Of a DNA stretch of 64,000 bases, positions 9,770-18,894 are shown one piece after another. This DNA is from an uncultured Bordetella sp. Its GTDB lineage: Bacteria; Pseudomonadota; Gammaproteobacteria; Burkholderiales; SG8-41. The notes under the pieces were generated by a model that did no database searches, was not told the DNA's origin, and saw only the letters and a program-made list of their open reading frames with translations. Within the stretch, counting starts at the first letter, position 1. Every line of letters starts with the position of its first letter. The translations under genes and the position numbers were made by a program. Location of the stretch: contig CAZHJU010000003.1 in NCBI GenBank assembly GCA_964533495.1, positions 18,995 through 82,994 on the forward strand. Reading direction: 5' to 3'.

Positions 9770-10744
9770 ATGCTGAGTTTCGCGCTCCGCCGCCTCGCCC
9801 AGAGCGCCGCCACGCTGTTCGTGATGTCGCTGCTGGTGTTTGCCGGGGTCTACGCGATCGGCAATCCGGCGGACATCCTGGTCAACCCGCAGGCCGACCA
9901 GGCGGAAATCGCGCGCCTCACCGCGCAACTCGGACTCGATCTGCCGCTGTGGCGGCAGTACCTGGTTTTCCTGCGGGGTGCCTTCGGCGGCGACCTCGGC
10001 AGCTCCTTCGTCGCTGGCGTGCCGGCGATCACGCTGATCCTCGAACGCCTGCCGGCGACGCTTGAGCTGGCGCTGCTGGCGATGCTGATCGCAGTGGCGC
10101 TCGGCGTGCCGCTGGGCCTGCTTGCCGGACTGAAACCGGAATCCCGGACCGGCCGCGCGATCATGGCCGGATCCATCCTCGGCTTCTCGCTGCCGACCTT
10201 CTGGGTCGGCCTGATGCTGATCCTGCTGTTCTCGGTGCAGCTCGGCTGGCTGCCGGCCACCGGCCGCGGCCCGACCGTCGATGTCCTCGGAATTCCGGTG
10301 AGTTTCCTCACTTGGGAAGGCCTGCGCCACCTGATTCTGCCGGCGACCAACCTTGCCCTCTTCAAGCTCGCGCTGCTGATCCGCCTGGTGCGCGCCGGCA
10401 CGCGCGAGGCGATGCTGCAGGACTACGTGCGTTACGCCCGCGCCAAGGGCGTCGCCGAGCACGACGTGCTGCGCGTGCACGTGCTGCCCAACATCCTGAT
10501 CCCGGTGGTAACCGTCGTCGGCCTCGAGTTCGGCTCGCTGGTCGCCTTCGCCGTGGTCACCGAAACCGTGTTCGCCTGGCCCGGCATGGGCAAGCTGCTG
10601 ATCGACTCCATCGGCCTGCTCGACCGGCCGGTGATCGTCGCCTACCTGCTGGTGACGGTGTGCCTGTTCATTCTCATCAACCTCGCGGTCGACCTGCTCT
10701 ACGCGGCGCTCGACCCGCGCGTGCGCCCGGGCATCGCGCGATGA
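9770..10744 (+). CDS. ABC transporter permease (DppB/OppB-type)
   Basis: 324 aa multi-TM protein. Characteristic DppB-like N-terminus MLSFALRRLAQSAATLFVMSLLVF and C-terminal DLLYAALDPRVR. Confidence 0.88.
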   Translation: MLSFALRRLAQSAATLFVMSLLVFAGVYAIGNPADILVNPQADQAEIARLTAQLGLDLPLWRQYLVFLRGAFGGDLGSSFVAGVPAITLILERLPATLELALLAMLIAVALGVPLGLLAGLKPESRTGRAIMAGSILGFSLPTFWVGLMLILLFSVQLGWLPATGRGPTVDVLGIPVSFLTWEGLRHLILPATNLALFKLALLIRLVRAGTREAMLQDYVRYARAKGVAEHDVLRVHVLPNILIPVVTVVGLEFGSLVAFAVVTETVFAWPGMGKLLIDSIGLLDRPVIVAYLLVTVCLFILINLAVDLLYAALDPRVRPGIAR

Positions 10745-11628
10745 GCGCCGGCATCGCCGTGACCGCCCCCGCGCGCGAATTCGCCGCCGGTTTCGCGCGC
10801 GACCGCATCGCGCTGGCGGCGCTCGCGGTGCTGGCCCTGCTGTTCGCCGCCGCGCTCGCCGCGCCCTGGCTGGCGCCGCAGGATCCCTACGACCTTGCCC
10901 GACTCGACATTCTCGACGCGAGGCTCCCGCCCGGCTCGGCCGCCGCGGCGGGCCACACCTACTGGCTGGGCAGCGACGACCAGGGCCGCGACATGTGGTC
11001 GGCCATCCTCCACGGCCTGCGCATCAGCCTCGGCGTCGGCCTGCTGTCGACGGCCCTCGCGCTGGGCATCGGCCTCGCCGTCGGCCTCGTTTCGGCGCGC
11101 GCCGGCGGCTGGATCGATGCGCTGGTCATGCGCCTGGTCGACCTCCAGCTGTCCTTTCCGTCGATTCTCGTCGCGTTGATCCTGCTCGCGCTGACCGGAC
11201 AGGGCATCGACCGCATCATCGCCGCGCTGGTGGTCGTGCAATGGGCCTATTATGCGCGCACCGTGCGCGGCGCGGCGCTGGTCGAACTGCGGAGGGAATA
11301 CGTCGATGCCGCCGTCTGCGCCGGCTACGGCGAGGCGCGCATCCTGTTCCGCCACGTGCTGCCCAACGTGCTGCCGCCGCTGATCGTCGTCGCCACCGTG
11401 CAGGTCGCCCACGCCATCGCGCTGGAAGCGACGCTCTCCTTCCTCGGCCTCGGCTTGCCGATCACCGAGCCTTCACTGGGCCTGCTGATCGCCAACGGCT
11501 ACAACTACCTGCTGGCGGGGCACTACTGGATCAGCCTGTTCCCCGGGCTCGCGCTGCTGCTGACGATCATGGCCATCAACCTGGTCGGCGACCGCCTGCG
11601 CGACGTGCTGAATCCGCGGCTGCAGTGA
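10741..11628 (+). CDS. ABC transporter permease (DppC/OppC-type)
   Basis: ATG 10741 in ORF 10312..11628 overlaps the previous stop by 4 nt. LAPQDPYD N-terminal motif and C-terminal NLVGDRLRDVLNPRL. Confidence 0.88.
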   Translation: MSAGIAVTAPAREFAAGFARDRIALAALAVLALLFAAALAAPWLAPQDPYDLARLDILDARLPPGSAAAAGHTYWLGSDDQGRDMWSAILHGLRISLGVGLLSTALALGIGLAVGLVSARAGGWIDALVMRLVDLQLSFPSILVALILLALTGQGIDRIIAALVVVQWAYYARTVRGAALVELRREYVDAAVCAGYGEARILFRHVLPNVLPPLIVVATVQVAHAIALEATLSFLGLGLPITEPSLGLLIANGYNYLLAGHYWISLFPGLALLLTIMAINLVGDRLRDVLNPRLQ

Positions 11629-11636
11629 AGGCCCGG

Positions 11637-12575
11637 TCAGGCCGTGAGCCGCGCCGCCGAGACGCGCAGGCACCGCATGAATGAACGCATCGCCGCCGAC
11701 GGCGGCCTGTGCCGGCTCCAGGTGACGCCGATCGGTCGCTGGGGATCGGGCAGGCCCAGCGGCAACTGCGCCAGCAGGCCGGCCTCGATGTAATGCCGCG
11801 CGACCACCTGCGACAGCAGGCCGATGGCCTCCGTCAGCTGCAGGTATCCGGTGATCACGTCGATGGACATGGTTTCCACGCAGCCGGCGGGCACGCCGAG
11901 GCCGTTCTTGTGGAACACGTTTTCCAGCGGCTCCCGCGCCAGAGAACCCACCGGCGGCAACACCCAGGGAAAACCGGCCAGTTCCTGCCAGTCCAGCCGC
12001 CGGCGCCGCGCCAGCGGATGCCGGGGACCCACGACCACCACATTGTGTCCCTCGTACAGCGTTTCTTCGGAGAAATCGCCCGAAGCATCGCGGCCCGTCA
12101 GCCGTCCGACGATCAGGTCCACGGTGCCGCGGCGCAGCTCGGGCAGCATGGATTCCATCGACCCCTCGTGCACGATGACAATGGTCTGCGGCGTTTTCTC
12201 CTTGAGCATGGCCAGCGCCCGGGGCAACAGGCCCGGCCGCATCGCCGGCAGCGCACCGACGGTGACCTTGCCGGAAGCTCCCGACTGCAGCGCATGCAGC
12301 TCGTCCCGCGCCTGCACCAGGCTCGCCAGCACCGCGCGCGCGTGCCGGATCAGGCATTCGCCGTAGGCGTTGGGCAAGACGCCCTTGGGCGTCCTTTCGA
12401 ACAGTTTGAAGCCCAGCCCTTTTTCCAGCTCGCCCAGCGCCAGCGACACCGCCGGCTGCGTGACGTGCAGGCTCTGCGCAACCCGGCCCAGGTGCCGCAG
12501 GTCGTCCAGTGCCACCAGCATCCGGAAATGCCGCGGCTTCAGGTTGGCGCGTATGAACCAGTCCGGCTGTGCCAT
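11637..12575 (-). CDS. LysR-family transcriptional regulator
   Basis: ORF 11637..12590(-). N-terminal wHTH LRHLGRVAQSLHVTQPAVSLALGELEKGLGFKLFER. Start ATG 12575 (alt 12590). Divergent from the Bug/LVIVD genes. Confidence 0.9.
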   Translation of the reverse strand: MAQPDWFIRANLKPRHFRMLVALDDLRHLGRVAQSLHVTQPAVSLALGELEKGLGFKLFERTPKGVLPNAYGECLIRHARAVLASLVQARDELHALQSGASGKVTVGALPAMRPGLLPRALAMLKEKTPQTIVIVHEGSMESMLPELRRGTVDLIVGRLTGRDASGDFSEETLYEGHNVVVVGPRHPLARRRRLDWQELAGFPWVLPPVGSLAREPLENVFHKNGLGVPAGCVETMSIDVITGYLQLTEAIGLLSQVVARHYIEAGLLAQLPLGLPDPQRPIGVTWSRHRPPSAAMRSFMRCLRVSAARLTA

Positions 12576-12624
12576 GCGGCCCGCCCCCATTCGTAATCAA
12601 TTCGATCGGACAATCGGAAATATC

Positions 12625-12655
12625 ATAAGTATATTCTTATGAAAATCCGGATTTT
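12625..12655. promoter_or_regulatory. two adjacent palindromes in the LysR/Bug divergent promoter region (candidate LysR-type operator)
   Basis: ATAAG-N6-CTTAT (12625..12640), immediately followed by AAAATCC|GGATTTT (12642..12655), in an AT-rich island of a GC-rich genome. Confidence 0.4.
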
Positions 12656-12783
12656 TCTGACTGTTCAGCTTATGTAATTTGCGACATCATTATTGACAGT
12701 CCCGGACAGCCACGCGGCCAGGAACATCCGGGGCACCGCGGGCATCCGCTCCGGCAAAAAACGGAACGAGGAGAACCTTGATC

Positions 12784-13752
12784 ATGACACTCAGGCAAAT
12801 CGCCGCGCTGGCGATTACCGGAACGCTGGCACTGTCGGCCAATGCGCAGGCGCAGGATTACCCGAACCGTCCGATCCGCATGATCGTCGCCGTGCCGCCC
12901 GGCGGGCCGGCGGACACGCTGGCGCGGCTGGTCGGTCCGCATCTCAACACCGGGCTGGGCCAGACCGTCGTCATCGACAACCGCCCAGGCGCCAACGGCG
13001 GCATCGCCTACGACATGGCCGCGCGCTCGGCTCCCGACGGCTATACCTTCGTGCTCGTTGCAGCCGGCGTGGCGATCAATCCCAGCCTCTACCCCAACGT
13101 GCCCTACCATCCGGTCAAGGACTTCGCGCCGATCACGCTGGGCATCACCGTGCCCAACATCCTCGTCGTGCATCCTTCGGTGCCGGCCAGATCGGTCAAG
13201 GAACTGATCGCCGAGATCAAGGCCAAAAACGGCGGCTTCGTGTTCGCCTCCGCCGGCAACGGCACCTCCGGCCACCTCGCGCTGGAGCAGTTCCGCCTGT
13301 CCACGGGCACCTCCTTCGTGCACGTGCCGTACAAGGGCGGCGCCCCGGCGCTGCAGGAAACACTGGCCGGTCAGACCCAGGCCCTGTTCAGCATCGCGCT
13401 CGCCGCGACGCCGCAGGTCAAGGCCGGCAAGGTGCGCGCGCTGGCGATCACCAGCGCCAAACGTTCGTCGGTGGCGCCCGAACTGCCGACCGTCGCGGAA
13501 TCCGGACTGCCGGGCTTCGAGGTCATCGGCTGGTTTGGCTGGCTCGCCCCGGCCCAAACCAGCAAGGCGATCGTCGCCCGCCTGAACCGGGAACTGGTCA
13601 AGGCACTGGGCAACGCCGAAGTCAGGGAACGGCTGCTGAGCATGGCGACCGAGCCGGTGGGCGACAAGCCGGAGGAATTCGGCCGCTTCATCCGCAGCGA
13701 GCACGAGAAATGGGGCAAGGTCATCAAGGCCGCCAACATCAAACTGCAGTAA
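12784..13752 (+). CDS. Bug/TctC-family periplasmic solute-binding protein
   Basis: The track ORF starts at TTG 12778. ATG 12784 is preferred because AGGAG lies upstream. Signal peptide ...ALSANAQAQ, then NRPIRMIVAVPPGGPAD, FASAGNGTSGHL, HVPYKGGAPA. Confidence 0.9.
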   Translation: MTLRQIAALAITGTLALSANAQAQDYPNRPIRMIVAVPPGGPADTLARLVGPHLNTGLGQTVVIDNRPGANGGIAYDMAARSAPDGYTFVLVAAGVAINPSLYPNVPYHPVKDFAPITLGITVPNILVVHPSVPARSVKELIAEIKAKNGGFVFASAGNGTSGHLALEQFRLSTGTSFVHVPYKGGAPALQETLAGQTQALFSIALAATPQVKAGKVRALAITSAKRSSVAPELPTVAESGLPGFEVIGWFGWLAPAQTSKAIVARLNRELVKALGNAEVRERLLSMATEPVGDKPEEFGRFIRSEHEKWGKVIKAANIKLQ

Positions 13753-13787
13753 TATCCGGCTGCGGCAATCATTCGGAAAAACAGAAC

Positions 13788-15020
13788 ATGAGCAAATCCA
13801 AGGGCATCCGCGAAGTCGCCTACGTCGACGTCCGCGCCGGCGGCGGCGACGGTCACCAGCACAACTGCAGCGCCGGCCTCGAACCGCTGTCCTTCACCGA
13901 CTGCGCGGGCGGCGGCCAGGTGGTGGTCGAGCGCAACATCGCCTACGTCGGCAACATGCGCAACCCGCACGGCACGCTGATTTTCGACGTCAAGGATCCC
14001 AAACATCCGAAATTCCTGTCCGAAATCAACATGCCGGAAGGCACCCATTCGCACAAGGTGCGGGTCTCGGGCGACATCATGCTGACCAACCGGGAGGTCC
14101 TGTCCCCGAAAAACGCGAAAGGCGAAGTGCCGCCCGGCGACTTCCGCGGCGGACTGGGCATCTACGATGTGTCGAATCCGGCGAAACCGAAACTGATCAC
14201 GCTGTGGGAAACCGACGACAGGCCCGGCGTCGACTACGCGCGCGGCGTGCACCGCTTCGACTTCGACGGCCGCTATGCCTACATTTCACCGACAGTGGAC
14301 GGCTACCTCGGCAACATCGTGATGATCCTCGACCTCAAGGATCCGGCGAAACCCGAGGAGGTCGGCCGCTGGTGGATGCCCGGCCAGCACATCGCCGGCG
14401 GCGAAAAGCCGGCCTGGCGCGGCGCGGCGCACAAATGCCATCACCCGCTGCGCCACGGCAATCGGCTCTACACCAGCTACTGGCACGGCGGCTTCGTCAT
14501 CCTCGACATCGACGACATGACAAAACCGAAGTTCGTCTCCGGCCTCGACTGGAGCCCGCCCTTCCCCTGGCCGACGCACACCGCGCTGCGCATTCCCTTC
14601 AAGATCAAAAACCGCGATTTCCTGGTGGTCTCGGACGAGGACGTGGTGCGCCTGCCGGACTGTCCGCCGCACAACTCGGCCTTCCTGTGGATGGTGGACA
14701 TCACCGACGAGAAGCATCCGACCGTGATCTCCAGCTTCCAGCTTGAAGACATGCCGCCGGAGCAGCAGCCCTACGCCACCGGCTGCCACCAGCCCTGCGA
14801 GAAGGTCACCGGCACCGAAATCCCAGTCGCCTGGTTCGCCCACGGCCTGCGCATCGTCGACATCTCGAACCCGCACGCAATGAAGGAAGTCGCCTACTAC
14901 GTGCCCGACGTGCCGCAGGGTTCCGACCGCGTGCAGAGCAACGACGTCACCGTCGACGACCGCGGCCTGCTCTACCTGCTCGACCGGGTGCGCGGACTGC
15001 ACATCCTCGAGAGAACCTGA
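13788..15020 (+). CDS. LVIVD-repeat (predicted beta-propeller) protein of unknown function, no signal peptide
   Basis: ATG 13788 inside artefactually long ORF 12693..15020. Repeated hydrophobic-D motifs GTLIFDV, LGIYDVS, IVMILDL, GFVILDI, LWMVDIT, LRIVDIS, LLYLLD, GLHILE. Several His/Cys clusters (HQHNC, HKCHHPLRH, GCHQPC). Confidence 0.7.
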   Translation: MSKSKGIREVAYVDVRAGGGDGHQHNCSAGLEPLSFTDCAGGGQVVVERNIAYVGNMRNPHGTLIFDVKDPKHPKFLSEINMPEGTHSHKVRVSGDIMLTNREVLSPKNAKGEVPPGDFRGGLGIYDVSNPAKPKLITLWETDDRPGVDYARGVHRFDFDGRYAYISPTVDGYLGNIVMILDLKDPAKPEEVGRWWMPGQHIAGGEKPAWRGAAHKCHHPLRHGNRLYTSYWHGGFVILDIDDMTKPKFVSGLDWSPPFPWPTHTALRIPFKIKNRDFLVVSDEDVVRLPDCPPHNSAFLWMVDITDEKHPTVISSFQLEDMPPEQQPYATGCHQPCEKVTGTEIPVAWFAHGLRIVDISNPHAMKEVAYYVPDVPQGSDRVQSNDVTVDDRGLLYLLDRVRGLHILERT

Positions 15021-15070
15021 GGATCGGGTGTCATTCAGGGTATGCGTGCTTCGGCCGAAGCGCATCAGGA

Positions 15071-15109
15071 AAATCCGGGGGAGTTCCGCAAGGGCTCCCC
15101 GGATTTTTT
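15071..15109 (+). terminator. rho-independent terminator after the LVIVD gene
   Basis: AATCCGGGGGAG ... CTCCCCGGATT stem (one bulge) followed by T7 (15103..15109). Confidence 0.8.
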
Positions 15110-15136
15110 TCAAGGGCCGCCGGCTGATGGGATTCC

Positions 15137-15171
15137 GATTGCAAAATCCCCGGAATTCGGGATTGCAGAAT
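15137..15171. promoter_or_regulatory. direct repeat plus imperfect palindrome upstream of the TraR/DksA-like gene
   Basis: GATTGCAAAAT (15137..15147) and GATTGCAGAAT (15161..15171) are 24 bp apart. They flank and overlap AATCCC-CGGAATTCG-GGGATT (15145..15164). Confidence 0.3.
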
Positions 15172-15309
15172 GAATATTGTCTGCCCGGCATCCTGATTCC
15201 GCCTTTTTCCGCGACGGTTCTGCCGTCCCCTGTCACGATGCCGCAGGCAGCCGCAGAACTGACTGCCATTTGATTCAGATCAAGACATCCCGCCCGGGCA
15301 CGCCGCATC

Positions 15310-15714
15310 ATGCAGGACATGAACGCACTGACCGAAAAACAGCTCGCCTCCCTGAAAGACTGGATGGCCAGGCGCAAAAGCCATCTCCTGGATGAAATCC
15401 GCGACGTGCTCGCGCGTTCCGGCAAAGCGCATCATGCGGAACTCGTGGGCGGCGTCGGCGACATGGGCGACGAAGCCGCTGCCAGCCTGCTGCGCGACAT
15501 ATCGGAGGCCGAGGTCCTGCGGGATATCGGCGAGGTGCGCGACATCACCGCGGCAGAGCAGCGCATCGCAGACGGCCGCTACGGCCTGTGCATCGACTGC
15601 GGCGAGCGCGTACCCTACGAACGCCTGCAAGCCTATCCCAGCGCCAAGCGCTGCATGCCCTGCCAGCAGCACCGGGAAAAAACCCGCGCGCCCTCGAAAT
15701 ATACGGGGCGCTGA
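15310..15714 (+). CDS. TraR/DksA-family C4-type zinc-finger protein
   Basis: 134 aa. C-terminal CIDCGERVPYERLQAYPSAKRCMPCQ (CxxC-N17-CxxC) preceded by an acidic coiled-coil-like region. Confidence 0.8.
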   Translation: MQDMNALTEKQLASLKDWMARRKSHLLDEIRDVLARSGKAHHAELVGGVGDMGDEAAASLLRDISEAEVLRDIGEVRDITAAEQRIADGRYGLCIDCGERVPYERLQAYPSAKRCMPCQQHREKTRAPSKYTGR

Positions 15715-15778
15715 TCCCGCCTGACACGCAGATCGCTGGCGGCCGCCGGGCAGCCGCCAGGCTTCCCGTGCAGACTCG

Positions 15779-16741
15779 TTATGGCTTGATCCCCGAAGCC
15801 CTGACCACCTTGCCCCAGCGCTCGATCTCCTCCGCCAGCATTTTCCGGAAATACTCCGGCGACTCGGCGATCGGATCGGAGCCCATCTGCAGGATGCGGT
15901 TGCGGAAGTCCTCGCGCTGGGCCGCCTTCACGATGATCGAGTTCAGCGTGTCGACGATGGGCTGCGGCGTGCCGCGCGTCACCAGCACGCCGTACCAGGT
16001 CTGGGTGACGAAGCCCGGCAGGCCGCCCTCGATCATCGTCGGCACCTCCGGCATCAGGGTCGAGCGCTTCTCGCTGGTGATGCCGAGCACCCGGAAACGG
16101 TCGATCAGCGGCTGCGCGGCCGGGATGTTGCTGAAGGAAAACTCGACCTCGCCGCTTGCCAGCGCGGTCAGGGAAGGGCCGGTGCCCTTGTAGGGAACGT
16201 GCGTGAAGTCGCCCTTGATGAACAGCTTCAGCATCTCGCCCGACAGATGCTGGGTGCTGCCGCTGCCCGAGGACGAGTAATTCATCTTGCCCGGATTCTT
16301 TTTGACCACGGCGATAAATTCCCTGACGGTCTTCGCCGGCACCGAGGGATGGGTCATCAGCAGGTTGGCGCTGGAAGAGAACACGGCGACCGGAATGAAG
16401 TCCTTGACCGGGTCGTAGTTGAGTTTGGGATAGAGCGTCGCGTTGACGCCGAGCGCCGCCGAACTGAGGAACAGCGTGTAGCCGTCGGCCGGCTGGCGCA
16501 CGATGAATTCGGCGGCGATGTTCTGCGCCTGGCCGGCGCGGTTCTCGACGATGACCTGCTGGCCGAGCGCCTCCGCGATCCGCGGCGCGATCAGCCGGCC
16601 CATGATGTCGCTGCCGCCGCCGGGTGCGTAACCGACGATCATGCGAATGGGTTTCGAGGGATATTTTGCATCCTGCGCCTGCGCCAAGCCGCCGCAGGCC
16701 AGCGCCGCGCCCAGCACGACGGAAATCATTCCACGGTTCAT
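15779..16741 (-). CDS. Bug/TctC-family periplasmic solute-binding protein
   Basis: 320 aa, GGAGG SD, signal peptide ...GGLAQAQD. SKPIRMIVGYAPGGGSD, YSSSGSGSTQHL, HVPYKGTGPS. Confidence 0.9.
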   Translation of the reverse strand: MNRGMISVVLGAALACGGLAQAQDAKYPSKPIRMIVGYAPGGGSDIMGRLIAPRIAEALGQQVIVENRAGQAQNIAAEFIVRQPADGYTLFLSSAALGVNATLYPKLNYDPVKDFIPVAVFSSSANLLMTHPSVPAKTVREFIAVVKKNPGKMNYSSSGSGSTQHLSGEMLKLFIKGDFTHVPYKGTGPSLTALASGEVEFSFSNIPAAQPLIDRFRVLGITSEKRSTLMPEVPTMIEGGLPGFVTQTWYGVLVTRGTPQPIVDTLNSIIVKAAQREDFRNRILQMGSDPIAESPEYFRKMLAEEIERWGKVVRASGIKP

Positions 16742-17015
16742 GTCTTCCCCCTCCGGTTCGTAAGCGGTTGATTTTTATTGCTTGCCGTGGCGCAGCCGGA
16801 GTCCCGCGGAATCCGCCGGCCGTTGCCGCCACACGGTCATTATGATCCATGACGATGCCGCCGTCGCAGGCGGAATGCAAAAACTGCAAACCGCCATGCA
16901 AACCGTTTTCAAAAATCCATTCCGCAGTGTTTGACTGGCGAATGGCGGATATGGTCACATGAAGGCTGAAGCTGTAGTCGTCGCTCCCAATACAAAAAAC
17001 CTGGAGGAGGTCGGT

Positions 17016-17981
17016 ATGGGATTCACGAAAGCCGCCACGGCCTGTCTGCTCGCCGGCGTCATCGCATCCACGGCCTTTGCGCAAAGCTATCCGCAGCGCC
17101 CGATCCGCGCCGTGGTGCCTTATGTCGCCGGCGCCTCGTACGACACCATCATGCGCATCGTCGGCGAGGCCATCGGAGAATCGATGAAACAGCCGGTGGT
17201 GGTCGAAAACCGCCCCGGCGCCAGCGCGATCATCGGCGCCGACATGATCGCCAAGGCAACGCCCGACGGCTACACCATCGGCATGCTCGGCGACAATCAC
17301 ACCATCCTTGCCGCGGTGAACCGCAAAACGCCGTACGACATTTTCCGGAATTTCGCGCCGCTGATGCGCGTGGCCTCGCTCGACAATGTCATCGTCGTGC
17401 ACCCCTCGATGCCGGCGACTTCGCTGCAGCAGCTGATCGGCCTGCTCAAGTCCAGCCCCGGCAAGTACCGCTACGGCTCGGGCGGCGTCGGCGGCTCGAC
17501 CCATCTCGCCGGCGCGCGCTTCGGCCAGATGGCCGGCGTCGACATCCAGCACGTGCCGTACAAGGGCGGCGGCCTCGCGGTCACCGGCCTGCTCGGCAAC
17601 GAAGTGCAGATGATGGTCGTCAACATGATCTCGGCGAAACCGCAGGTGCAATCCGGCCGCATGCGCGCGCTGGCGGTGGCGGCGCCGAAACGTTCTTCCC
17701 ACCTGCCCAATTTGCAGACCGCGGCCGAGGCCGGGCTGCCGGGCCTCGAGGTTTCGCAGTTTTACGCGATGGTCGCGCCGGTCGGAATGCCGCAGCGCAT
17801 CCTCTCCCGGCTCGAGGCCGAACTGCGGCGCGCGACCGGACTGGCCGATGTGCGGAAAAAATTCGACAACCAGGGCGCGGATGCCTATGCCGAAACCCCG
17901 GCGGAACTGACGGCATTCCTGAAAGCCAATATTGCCGGTTACCGCGAAGCCGCCAAGGCCGCGGGCATCAAACCAGACTGA
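17016..17981 (+). CDS. Bug/TctC-family periplasmic solute-binding protein
   Basis: ATG 17016 (GGAGGAGG SD) within ORF 16959..17981. Signal peptide ...STAFAQS, then QRPIRAVVPYVAGASYD, YGSGGVGGSTHL, HVPYKGGGLA. Confidence 0.9.
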   Translation: MGFTKAATACLLAGVIASTAFAQSYPQRPIRAVVPYVAGASYDTIMRIVGEAIGESMKQPVVVENRPGASAIIGADMIAKATPDGYTIGMLGDNHTILAAVNRKTPYDIFRNFAPLMRVASLDNVIVVHPSMPATSLQQLIGLLKSSPGKYRYGSGGVGGSTHLAGARFGQMAGVDIQHVPYKGGGLAVTGLLGNEVQMMVVNMISAKPQVQSGRMRALAVAAPKRSSHLPNLQTAAEAGLPGLEVSQFYAMVAPVGMPQRILSRLEAELRRATGLADVRKKFDNQGADAYAETPAELTAFLKANIAGYREAAKAAGIKPD

Positions 17982-17997
17982 ACGCGAAATAACGGCC

Positions 17998-18876
17998 ATG
18001 GGCAGCCAGACCACTCCCGCATCCGCGCTGTCGGTGCAACCGGTGAACGGGCGGCTCGGTGCCGAAATCCGCGGCGTCGATCTGTCGGCGCCGCCGGATG
18101 CACGGACCTTTTCCGCAATCCTGCAGGCGCTGCACCGCCACGGCGTGATTTTCTTCCGCGGCCAGAAACTGACGCCGGACCAGCTCGCCGCCTTCAGTCG
18201 CCGCTTCGGCGAACTCGACATCCACCACATGACCGAGCACGTGTTCCCGCATCTGCCGCAGGTGCGCGTGCTGTCGAACGTGAAAAAGGACGGCGTATCG
18301 ATCGGCATCACCAAAGGAGGCATGCACTGGCACTCGGACCTGTCGTACAAGCCGCAGCCGGCGCTGGCGACGCTGCTCTATGCCGTCGAATGCCCGCCGT
18401 CCGGCGCCGACACCCAGTTCGCCGACATGTGCGCGGCCTTTGAAGATCTGCCCGAGGCGAAACGCAGAACATTGCAGGCGCTGCGTGCCGTGCACGACCG
18501 CAACTACCGTTATTCGGCGCTATATCCGGGCCGCCCGCCACTGACCCCGGAACAGGTCGCCAAGGTGCCGCCGGTCGAACATCCGCTGGTGCGCGTGCAT
18601 CCGGCCACCGGCCGCCCGGCGCTGTTCGTCGCCAAGGACGTGGTTTCCCGCATCACCGGCATGCCGGAGGAGGAATCGCGGGCGCTGATCGACGAGCTTG
18701 AGGACTTCGCCACGCGCCCCGACCGCGTCTACTCTCACCAATGGCAGCCCGGCGACCTCGTGGTCTGGGACAACCGCTGCACGCTGCACCGCGCGACACC
18801 CTACGACCCGCAGTACCGGCGCACCCTGTACCGCACCCAGGTCAAGGGCGAGGCGCCGGTGGCCGTAAACGCCTGA
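17998..18876 (+). CDS. TauD/TfdA-family Fe(II)/2-oxoglutarate-dependent dioxygenase
   Basis: ATG 17998 in ORF 17932..18876. GAEIRGVDLS, facial-triad HWHSD, distal WDNRCTLHRATPY. Confidence 0.85.
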   Translation: MGSQTTPASALSVQPVNGRLGAEIRGVDLSAPPDARTFSAILQALHRHGVIFFRGQKLTPDQLAAFSRRFGELDIHHMTEHVFPHLPQVRVLSNVKKDGVSIGITKGGMHWHSDLSYKPQPALATLLYAVECPPSGADTQFADMCAAFEDLPEAKRRTLQALRAVHDRNYRYSALYPGRPPLTPEQVAKVPPVEHPLVRVHPATGRPALFVAKDVVSRITGMPEEESRALIDELEDFATRPDRVYSHQWQPGDLVVWDNRCTLHRATPYDPQYRRTLYRTQVKGEAPVAVNA

Positions 18877-18894
18877 AAAAAGAAATTACGCCCG

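Noticed and set aside
12693-15020. Track ORFs suggesting giant fused proteins or long N-terminal extensions. Examples: 12693..15020 (775 aa), 35352..40778 (1808 aa), 1529..3118 (529 aa), 51459..55685 (1408 aa), 19818..20936.
   Set aside because: The upstream parts overlap the preceding real gene in another frame and are compositional junk. Internal ATG starts with SD sequences give proteins of normal family length: LVIVD 13788, tamB 37059, racemase 2363, nrdJ 51666, Bug 19962.
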